Positions 11,036 to 21,800 of a DNA stretch of 24,457 bases are shown here, piece after piece. Below the pieces are notes generated by a model. That model was not told the origin of the DNA. It saw only the letters and a list, made by a program, of their open reading frames with translations, and ran no database searches. Each line of letters opens with the position of its first letter. Positions within the stretch are counted from its first letter, which is position 1. The stretch spans positions 361,452-385,908 of the forward strand of contig CAJINV010000023.1 of assembly GCA_905178155.1 (NCBI GenBank). The letters run 5' to 3'. This DNA comes from Amoebophrya sp. A120 (Eukaryota; Protista; Dinoflagellata). The position numbers and the translations under genes were made by a program.

Positions 11036-11699
11036 GAACACGAATACCAGCAAGTCCGGTGGTAATTTATTCCCAGTCGGGGGCGAATCTTCTGCCGCCG
11101 GATCATCTAGTAGCTCCTCGTCCTCTTCGAACAGTTCTTCCAGTAATCGCGAACCCCCCTTGGACAAGCGGAACAAGGACGTCGAACGGAAAAAACATTA
11201 TTTTCAAAATTTTTCACAAGAGTGTCACTGTAATCAAACTAGCAGCTTATCTCAGTGCGTCCTGTTGTTTATCAGGGTTTTGCTCAGTTCAAAATCAAAA
11301 ATTTCCATTGCAAAACCACACTGATGTCTGAGTAGGTGCCGAAGCTCATGCTGTAGAGCAAGTTGCAATCTTTTGTCTGACAAAACCGCAAACCCTTTTC
11401 ATCAAAATGTTGTTTCTACTCTAAGTATGCCTTTTTCTTGAAGATCTGCCGCGTATCGAGAATTGCTTGGCGTTTGCTGCTCATACAGCATAAATTTCAT
11501 TTCAGCAGCGGTGTCATAGTAGGCACGCAATTTTGCAGGTAGTAGAACGCGAAGAACCAGAAGACCTGTAATATACAACTCGCACGACACTGCAGACAAT
11601 GTCGCGTCTTCAGTTTTCAGCCACATAGCTCGAAGTTGGAAAAGCGACAGAGTTCTCGAGCAAATTCATTTGCTCGGGGTTTGCTCGGGTGGCACTCGC

Positions 11700-12022
11700 C
11701 TGGGACTCGGCTGAAAAACTCGGCTGAAAAACTCGGCTGAAAAACTCGGCCGAAAAACTCGGCTGAAAAACTCGGCGGAAAAACTCGGCGGAAAAACTCG
11801 GCGGAAAAACTCGGCGGAAAAACTCGGCGGAAAAACTTGGCTGAAAAACTCGGCTGAAAAGCTCGGCTGAAAAACTCGGCTGGGAGTCGGCTAGGACTCG
11901 GCTAGGACTCGGCTGGGACTCGGCTGGGACTCGGTTGGGACTCGGCTGGGACTCGGCTGGGACTCGGCTGGGACTCGGTTGGGACTCGGCTGGGACTCGG
12001 CTGGGACTCGGCTGGGACTCGG
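11700..12022. repeat. Compound minisatellite: 13-bp GGCTGAAAAACTC array followed by 11-bp GGCTGGGACTC array
   Basis: Tandem copies read directly; both units share the core ACTCGGC. Confidence 0.95.
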
Positions 12023-12886
12023 GGCACCGCGTCCGATTTAAATGAGTGACGCAGTCCGATTGAGATTAATCACGTTGCCCCCCCAAACCCCCCCCAAGTG
12101 CGGCGCGTTCGGCGCCGCGGGGGTCGCCAGAATGCGTCCGCTAAAAAAACACGCTACAACGGAAAGCGGCTGCGGCGCTGTTGTTTTGAATTTGTCGCGT
12201 CTATTATTTCATGCGTTTTGATGGGAGTCCAGATCCAGATCCAAGAAATCTCGGCGCCTGCTGCATGATGTTGCTCCGTTTTGTTCTTCTTGAAGGCTCA
12301 CTAGAACAAGAAACGAAAACGCGCGACGTGCGCGTTGACTTCGTGCAGCTTCAATTTTCTACGCCTTTGCATATTACCAGGAACGAAGCGCGCGCCTTGC
12401 CCTTGCGCCCGGCCGACGAAATTAAGAACCAGCGACATCATCATGCTGGGCCCCATTCACAACACATATCCCGCGATCATCTTTTTTGCAGATCTGCAGT
12501 CTACGTAAAATTGTCAGTGAGAAGCACAGCACCAAAAAGATAATGTGAAAGAAAAAAAGACACCAGTCAAAAGACCGAGTCGATCAGTGTTGTGTTTGTG
12601 ATTGAGCAACGAAGGCGAGTTTTAGTTTAGTACTAATCGGCCCACCCATGTTCTTTGCCTGTGGAATGAAAATAACCGATGGCTACTCCACGTCCTCCAC
12701 CCTCCCGTTTTATTCCCAAAACCCCTATCGGGCACCAGCACGTCAAAATAAAAATTCGTGCGCGGGCTCCTTCCCAAAACAAGCCATTTGCGTTGTTGAT
12801 CTTGTTGGCCTAGAAGGAGTAGCGCGCGAGGACCGCCTACTTCAGCGGTGCGGTGCGACGGTTTATTTTGCGGAGCACGAGACACT

Positions 12887-15800
12887 ATGGCGCCAAAAAA
12901 GGCCAGCTCCGCGAAGGCCGCGGCGACCGGGACCGCTGCGAAGGCCGATGGCAGCAGCTATCTCATGCAAATATGTCTGGGTCTGGAAGATTGTGAGGCT
13001 TGTCATGCTCGGCCAACACGACTCTCAAGCTTGTCATGTATGTTAGCCAACAAGCGCTCTATTTTTTCGTCATGCAGTCAGAGACGCAGTTTGCTATGAA
13101 GAATAGGCAACACGACCCCGCAACTCAGAAACTTATCATGCTTGGGCGCCAATTGAGATGTCCGCATAATTGTCTAGCCCGCATCACAAGTTTCGAGACC
13201 CAGACACAGACCATTTCTAATGCATAGCAAAAAGGGCTCGACAACCGGCGGCAGCAAAGTCGTCGCCCCGGTGAACGACAAGAAGAGCAAGAAGGCCCCT
13301 GATGCCAAAAGTGCACAGGGTGGTCCCGAAGCAGAGGAAGATGTATCTGCGTCGAAGGTGGGTGCAAATTCGAAGAAAACCGTTCCGAAGCAGGGGTCTG
13401 CAAAGGCAGGCACGAAACACGCAACCGCTGCCTCGACAGCTGCGGCTTCATCCAAGACTTTGACTTCTACGAAAGTAACTGCGTCAAAAGCTAGTTCTGC
13501 CGCTGCTGCAACGAAGGGCAAAAAGGATGGCGATGGTGAAACCGCTGGCACTTCTTCGAAAGTGGGATCTGCAAAGTCCACGCCTGGTGATGGAAAGAAC
13601 ACCAACATCCCCAAGCAGAAAAAATCTTCCGAAGACACCGGCGACAAAGATGAAGAGAGCGACGACAAACACGACGAAGACGCTGCGCGCAAGAACTCCC
13701 GCACGACGAAAACTGCCGCGAATGCAAAATCGAAGCCTGCGAAGGAGCCCAAGGCAACTCCTGCTGGTGGGAAGAAGCGCCACGACGCAAATGGGTTGGC
13801 AGATGATGACGCGGAAGATGTTGCTGAAAATGGAAACTACAAGAACTCCACCACCGGTACGAAAGCGGCAAAGCGGCGAAAAGCAGATATGGTAGATCAT
13901 GCCGCGGAGCAGGAACTTGGACAACCTCCGATGAAAACGAGCAAGGTCGACGCTGCGACAGGTGGTGCAGCAGCGGGCACTTCTACGAAAAGCCTCCGGC
14001 TGGACGTGCTAGAAGAGGACGATGAGACTGGGGACAGAAAAGAAAAAGTGAAAAAGGACTTCTTGTCTTCACACGACCCAGAATTTCTGGGTCACCACCG
14101 TGCAAAGCTCGCGGGAGATGAAGCAGCGGCAAACCCTCTTTCTGCAGAAGATGATCATCGTGTAGTAGAGGCCGACCTCGGGCCTCCACCTCCCGAGGGC
14201 AAAAATCCCACTGCGGTTCCGAAAGGAAAAGCGAAAGTGGTGAAAAAGCGGAAAAGATCTGCTCCTGTGACGGCGGGAAATGATGAAAACGAAGAAAATG
14301 TTATGACGGGCATTTCGCAGAAACAGCAATTTTTGGCTCATGACCTGGACAGCGGTGGTAGCACAGCTGTAGCCGGGAGCACCTCGGCGAAAATCAATGA
14401 CGGGCTGACAACTTCTAAGGCACAGGCGGCGGCGCAATCGCAAAAAAATGCTGAGGATGTGCTGCTATGAAAGCGAGGAGAACTGGCAAATCACTACGAA
14501 GTCAAACTAGAAGATTTTGAGCGTGAGCTTGAGAGGGCGCATTTTTGAATCCACTCGCCTCTCACAATTTCTCCCCTGAAGGGTTCCGCTCTCGAAATTT
14601 GGCATTGTTGGTAGTGCGTGCTGTGCAAAAAATGAAAATTCTAATATAGTATGAAGACTGTCTGAAAGTGATGAATCTTTTCACGGTCACATATTTCCTC
14701 CGACGCTGCCCTCTTCAAGCCGAAGAGGAAAAAGCAGAAGCGGGAACAGGATCCTGGCACCGGCAAAATTATTCCCGGCGCTCCTTCTACGAACACACCA
14801 CTGGCACCAGATACGGCATCTTCAATGGACGAGGCTCACGCGAAGGAGCAAGCACGCAAGGGGCGCGACGATGACGACAAAACTGCAGACAAAAATCATG
14901 TCGAAACATTGCATGAGGAGCGAGCTTTAGCGACAGATCCCGTGGTAGTTGACGAACTCGAAGAACAGAATCTGCTCGCCTACGACTTCTCAATCCGGTT
15001 GGCCGACAGAGAGGATTATTTCGCCCAGGATTCCATCGATGCGAAAAAGTTTGGTTTCCCGGATCGGCGTATCGAATGCAAATATGTCTGGGTCTGGAAG
15101 GATGCAGCTTGTGATGCTGGATTTGGATTCTACGAATAAATCTGTATTGCATGAACAGCAAAAGGTCCAGTTTTTGCCATGGCGAGAGGGCATTTCTGAT
15201 GCGGTATAGGCATCTAGAAGGCCTCATAAAATCTGTGATGCTGGGGCATGCATAACAGACACCAGGAGTCATGTAAAATGTGCATGACAAACCTTGCATC
15301 CATCCAGACCCAGACATATTTCTATTTGATACGGCGCACAGCGTGCCTGGCGATGCTCGCGGTGGTGAAGAAATCTACCGCGTTACTCGCCGCGAAACAG
15401 TATCCTGTGCAAAACTATCGTACTCGTAGTAATTGCATTTATGCATGACAAATCTTGTTTCTTAGCGAAATCAGCATTACAAATTCCATTTTCCGTTCTG
15501 GAAAAATTTGCGTTGCGATTTATACAACTAGTACGATACTTTTGCAAATCATAAGCAGGTAGTTTTGGAACAAGCACAGCTGAAGCAGGCAGCAAGCAGC
15601 CCTATTGCTGGTGTGGCGTCAACGACTTCTGCTGCCGCCGTCGGAGATGCAAATACAGCTGCTCCAAGCGACCGACCAAATCGAAATGACGTCGTTACAG
15701 CTGTCCAGGCAAATAAAGCTCTGACTAGTGGCGCAACGCCAGTACTAGGGAACAATACTACCACACGCCCCCCCGTTACTGCAGCTCTCCCGATCAACAA

Positions 15801-18800
15801 AGCGCAGGTATTCAACGCGGACTCGCATCTCGCGTTTCCCTTTCCGGTAGTTGGGAACAATGCCACCCTAGCGGAGCACGACATCCATCACTTTTTACTC
15901 CAGTACCCGCTCCCCCTCGCCGGCATCGTATTCAAAAACTGGAGCTTCCGCTACGGCCTTGACGAGGGGCAAACTCTCGCGGTACGGAAGGAACAGCTTA
16001 ACCGACGGAAAAAGCTCAACGCCTTGCTGTCAGCGACAGAAGCATCTCTTTCGAGGGCAGACGCGGTGGAGCAGGGGAAAAAAAGCTCCGCTATTGATGG
16101 CGTCGTGGCGCCACATCAGGTCGTGGGGAATGAAATTGCACAGTCTACCACTGCTGCTGGTCAGCAGCTAGATGCAGTTGTTCCCGGCCCGACAGGAACG
16201 GCAGCGCAGCCACTTGGAATATCAAAAAGTGCTCCTCAGCGGGACCTTGTCCTTGTGGAACAGAATCCCTCCGCTCTCGCCGCACTAGGGAAGAGAACGA
16301 TCGAAAAAAAGGATTCCGAGTGGTCTTCTAATCCTGACAAGGGTAAGAATCATCCCAACTACCACCACGAAGCAGATGAGTATCCCACGAAAAAACTGTT
16401 TCACTGTGATGGTTTTGCAAGATCTGCATCACAAGTTTGCTACACATGACACAGAAAATTTGTCTTGCGCGTTTTCCAGGCGAAAACACGCCCAAAAATC
16501 CGTTGTGTTGCAGGTGTAGCAAGACAAACGCTTTGGTGTTTCGTTCTCTGCATCACAGATTCACACTGAAACAGTTTTTTCTTGCGATAATAAGCCGTAT
16601 GAAATAGACCCGCTGTTCGTGTGGAGCGAAGCCCGGTTGGACTACGCGTTAAGCCGCATTGACGGGTACAAGAAACCGAAGGAGGCGCAGTGGAAAGCGA
16701 CGCTGGGAAATCTCCTAAAATTTCCCTGGCAAAAGCAGTGGTACTACTTCGAGCAATGTCGCAAGCTTGCTGTTCCACTCTCCGAGACTGTTGGATTGCG
16801 AATGAATTCTCGCTGGAAAGAGCGTAGAAACGTCACCACTTGCTGTTGCACCCCCACCCCGTTTTACCTGTGGACGGTAGAGCGCCTCGCTGATACGCTG
16901 CAGCGGTTAGCAGGGGCGGTGAAGGGACTTCTGGGGCCTGCAGTCGGAATTACTACAGCTGCCAGCACGTCGGTGGATGATAGTATAAAGGCCATTCTTC
17001 TAGATGGAGCGGCGGCTGGTACTGTGTCTAGTCCCTCGCAGCAGCTGCCAACAGGGGCTGCTGGTACTATCGAAGTGGATGTCAACAACGCGGTACAGAG
17101 CGGTCCCGGGCCAGCACGATCATCGTCCCCGCGCGGACCTGATGAAATCGCAGCTCCTCCTGTGCTGTCTGGAATACCACCACCACCACCACCACCGCCA
17201 GAAAACATGCGACCCGATGTTGTGCTGTGTCAACACCTCACCAACAAGGCGCGCAAAATGCTGCAAGAGAAGTGCCTCGGCACGGAAAAGGAGTTTGCAG
17301 CGCGGGGGAACATTATCAACCTCTCCGCGGTTTACGAGGATTTTTTTTATGAGCAGGTGTATCAAGCGAGCAAAATCGTTGTGGAAGCCCAGGAACACTT
17401 CTCCGCGAAGGGGATGAAAAGTGGGAGTTGTCTATCTGCTAAAGGACAAGAAGGTCAAACAGAGGAGCTCTATAGTAGTGAGGCAGCTGTAGATGCGACT
17501 CCAGCTGTCGTGCCAGGCCTATCAAGCATAACATCTTCAGCAGCAAGTGACATCGCCGAGTCTCTGATCCGAAAACTCCGCCCGGATGTCATATGGTCGA
17601 CGGTAAAAGGGCCAGCGGACGGTGTAACGAAGGCAGTTGAAGCAGAAGCAGATGTCAAAAATGCAAATGCTGCTGAGCGGGATAAAAAAAAATCTGCTCC
17701 AGATTATCTCGTGCAGCTGCCCGGGGAAATTATGAACATGGACAAGCAGAAGAAGGACCACGAAGTAGAAGATCTTCCGGTTTCCGTATCCTCGCTAAGT
17801 TACCTGCTCGACCCGAAGCATCGGAGCAACGCCGGCGTCTTCGGCATGAGGATGGACTTCGCCGAAGTTTGCGACATGCACGACCACAAAATTCTTTTTC
17901 AACCTGAAGGGGAAGACAAGACGGGCGGTGCTATTGCTGATACTGCAGGGTCGCGCAAGGACCACGTAGTTGAGAGTGCAGCTTTTGATGGTTCCCTTGA
18001 TCCGCGTGCTGACCAAGTATCCGTTCTAGTGGATGAAGCAGCATCAAAGCTATCTCCCGCACCACGACAGCTCGCGCAACTACACGACGAAGACCCCGCC
18101 CTGCAGAACTGCTTGTATCTGTGGGAGTCCGGAACCGTCGGGCCCAGCTCAGAACCACAGGCGACGAAGAAGCTACTGGCGTTACCTCTGGACTGCGTCC
18201 GAAATTTTTACCGCCAGAGAATGCGCGCGCCGGGCGTGATAAATGAAAAAACGAAAAATAATAAGCTACCGATCACGGGAGACATGTTGCTCTCCGTATT
18301 AGCAGTAGCGCTCTCGATTCCCCGCGAGAGCATGAGGCTAATCGATTTGAAACACCGAAAAACCGTGCAGGCGTTGGATCTGCTGAGAAATACGGAAGGA
18401 GATAAAGCGAAGAAAAAAGAAATAGACAGCCGAAGGCAGCTGAAGAGAAAGGCTGACCGAATGAAGAAGCTCTTTGGGACGTCGCAGAATGTAAATGCAG
18501 AGTTCCGACTGCCGTGGCGTCTCGGCGATATCAAATGCAAATATGTCAGGGTCTGAGAGGGTTGAATCTGTATTGCGGGTCTCGTAATCTTGAAAAATCT
18601 GTGTAGCATACGCAGCAAAGGCACCACACTTCATTCGGCGCCATGCAAAATTAAAATCGTAGTTTGTAAAGCGCTCTGCGCATAAAGAAGCGTTTGAAAA
18701 ATTTGTGATGCGTCACTGCGTTTCAAGGCGTGCTCAAGCATGACCATTCAGCATCACAAGTTTCCAGACCCAGATAGATTTGCATTTGATAGGCGACGAC

Positions 18801-21800
18801 CTGGAGCAAATGGTTGAAGTGGAGAAGATATCCGATGCAAAAGTATCGGCCTAGTAAAAATTGCATTACAACAAATTAGCCCAGCATCACAAATTCAATT
18901 TGTAGTGATGCTGACTTACCTTGAGAAAGAGATTTGTAAATGCATAAACGCAATTACTACGAGTACGAAAGTTCTGCACAGGATGGAAGATATCCAATGC
19001 AAAAGAAGTACTGCGCTTCCTCGGACTAGATGAATTTGAACTACCAGGCGTCTTTTCAATTTATGCATGACAGGGCTGGCTTAGTGAGTCACTCAGCATC
19101 ACGACCACAGATCTCGCTTTATATATGCGTTTTGTCAAGACACGTCTCCACCTCCAGTGACGAGTCCAATGCCGATCAGAATTTTGCAATGCATAGAAGA
19201 AACACCCACTATCGGCGCAAGCAAGGGCTGTGCTGCTCAAGGACACCGACGGCCCAGACGACGAGGCTGCTCTTGCTGATGAAAATGAGCCCACGGGCAC
19301 TGATCCAGCTCTCTCGCGGCCAGCCGGGGAGCTGCGGAAAATCCCGGGCACGGACGTCGAAGGAGATGAAAATCATGCAGGTGAAGACGTGAAAGACGCG
19401 AGTACTGTTGAAGATGTGGTGGAAGATGAGAAGCACGTGAACATCAAAAGCCCAAGTGCCACGGGAACGGACACGACCCCCGTTTATTCTGTAGAAGCTC
19501 CATCTACTTCAGTTGCAATCGAAAACAAGAAGTCGAACGCTGTTGCTCCACCAAATGCCATGTCTCTGCTGTCGGCTTCTAGCGCAGAAGAAACCAAAGG
19601 AGTGGTTGCTGCACTAGGCACAGAAGAAATGACGTCCGTAGTATTGAGTGCTGCTGAGACCACCGCCGGCTCTCTCGCTGGCGATGAAGACATGGCGGAA
19701 AAGACGACGTTGGCCGCAGGCACAGCGGAAGTGGATGATAAGGCTGCAATAACGACGAGTGCCGCCAGCAGCCAAGCAAGTGCGACGACGGAGACCCAGA
19801 TTGATGCGCCGCCGGCTACGGGGACGGACGATGCGACCAACGCCGGAACGAGTACAGGCACAGCTACAGCAGCGAACACAGCCGGCGTCCTCGCGCGCTC
19901 CTTGTTCAAGGCCAGGCCGCCAGTGAGGTACAACCTCCTTGACCCTGCTGCGAAGAAAGGTCTGAAAGGATCGGAAGGGAAAGTAGCGGCTTCAACAGTG
20001 ACTGTGCAGAACAAAGGCTCTGTTACTGCCGGCACAGTTGCAGCGCGACCTTTGAAGACCATGACGGCGCCAACATTTTTGGGAGGCACCAGACCGAGAG
20101 CGAATAGCCTCCCCGTTGCAACAGGTGGAAAAATAACGGCGAGTGCTGTCGGTGGCAAGGGAATTGTCGCAGGCGTGAAGAGCGGTGGAGGTATCAATAA
20201 CACGCCTGGAGGCGTTCTTCTTGGCAAAAACGCAGGAGGAAAAACCGCCATCACGACCATCAAGGGGTCTGCCGCCGGCGCTACCGCGGGTCAGAGGTCG
20301 ACACAACTCGCGGGCGTGCGCAAAGTAGCGCTGCTGACGAAGCGGCAACTCCAGCTGCAGGGCGGCAGGGGTGGTGTAGCTGGAAAAATGAACTCTGTGA
20401 CAGGCAATGCAGGTATAAAAGGCGGCACAACTGCTCGCACGCCCGGACCGAGCAATCTCCCACAAGGAGAACTCGACGCTCTACCGCCGCTGCGAGACGC
20501 CGGCAAAATCTTGCTGCCGCTCATGCCGGCTAAGCACACCCCGGGCGCGCGACAAGGCGGATTTCCCTACCTCAGTCGCATGACACGGATGCAAAAAAAC
20601 AACCGAACCAAAATGAAACAGAACTTGCGCTTGGCGGAATATCCTCGGGAGGGAATTTTTTACTACTTACACGCAAATATGAAATAGACAGTCACTGCAT
20701 GACAAAATTTTTCCGCAACCATATTTAGCATTACGTAATCCCTGCATTGCTTGAGGCTGGCTCTGGCAAAGTTTGTACTACCTATGCACTCATTGCGTGT
20801 GGAACGGTAAAAATTTGTATTGCATAAACAGCAGAGCAAGGCGTCGAGGAACAGTGCGCCTGCTTTCTCCGCCGTCGATGGGGTCCCGCTCCAAGCCATA
20901 CCATATCAACCGCAAATATGTGTAAAGCTGGAAACTTGTATATGCTGGATCGATTGGCGGTGTTAGTTGGCCGCACGAGTTCTAGGTGCAGCAAAGTATA
21001 ACAAATTTTCGCAACAATTTCTGCAGCCTAGCACGCCCACGCAGTATAAGCTGCGTTTTTGCACGATAAACATAGAGGAAGCTGCGCATGCGCTGCGCAT
21101 GATGCGACACAGAAGGTTCTCCAGAACTGGAATGTGCGAGACAGTCACAGAAAGCATTACTGTTCCCTTTTCCAGAATCAGACATTACATTCACGTTTGC
21201 AATGCATACATCCGGCCCGCTTGCGAAGCTCTTCGAGCTTGGGCCCGCCGGAGTTTCTGCTGATGATTCGTCAGTGCTTGAAGAGTGGAACTACCGCCTC
21301 GTCCTGGTCGTGCTTCCCCAGAAAGGCGATGTGTATCCTGTTGGGACGACCCTGAACATGAAATCGTCGAAAAACAAGGCCCTAGCCGACCCTGCTTTGG
21401 TGTCCGAGTTTTTTGATAAGACGACGGAGAACGTCGTCTCTGCAGAAAAAGCGTCTCTAGCGCGGACTGGCAGCTCGGAGGCAACCGTGCAGCTCTCCGA
21501 CGTGAAACACTACAGGCACCTGCTGCCGACGCTCTTTCGCGAGCAGGCTTTCTGCCACTACCGGGGGCGGCCAGGATTTCCCCTCCTCGGGATGAAGGAA
21601 TTGATCGAAAATGGGAAAATTCCACCTGCCGCGACATCGAACGCCGATGAAAAGGCCACGGCGCAGCAGGAGTATGATCATCTCGAGAAGCATTTACTTC
21701 CGGACGTCGACCTTGCGATGATGCAAGGCACCACGGACCCCAAGTCTGCGATCATCGGCGGAAAACATTCGACCAAGATTCTGCAGCAGCGAAAAAACAC

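Larger units (their letters stand above)
10308..11324 (+). pseudogene. Low-complexity gene fragment with 2 introners (..VASAANTHTSDDTRRTKQNTNTSKSGGNLF..SSSSNREPPLDKRNKDVERKKHY..)
   Basis: Open frame after removing elements 10561 and 10774 with one DR each; 5' end not defined. Confidence 0.55.

Noticed and set aside
14466-14709. Intron defined by the gctgc DR at 14461-14465 / 14705-14709
   Set aside because: Removal shifts the frame into a stop before 14930, and the 3' end lacks ATA or a TIR.
13174-20539. Minus-strand ORFs (e.g. 13174-13752, 19484-20263)
   Set aside because: Antisense shadows of the + strand low-complexity exons.
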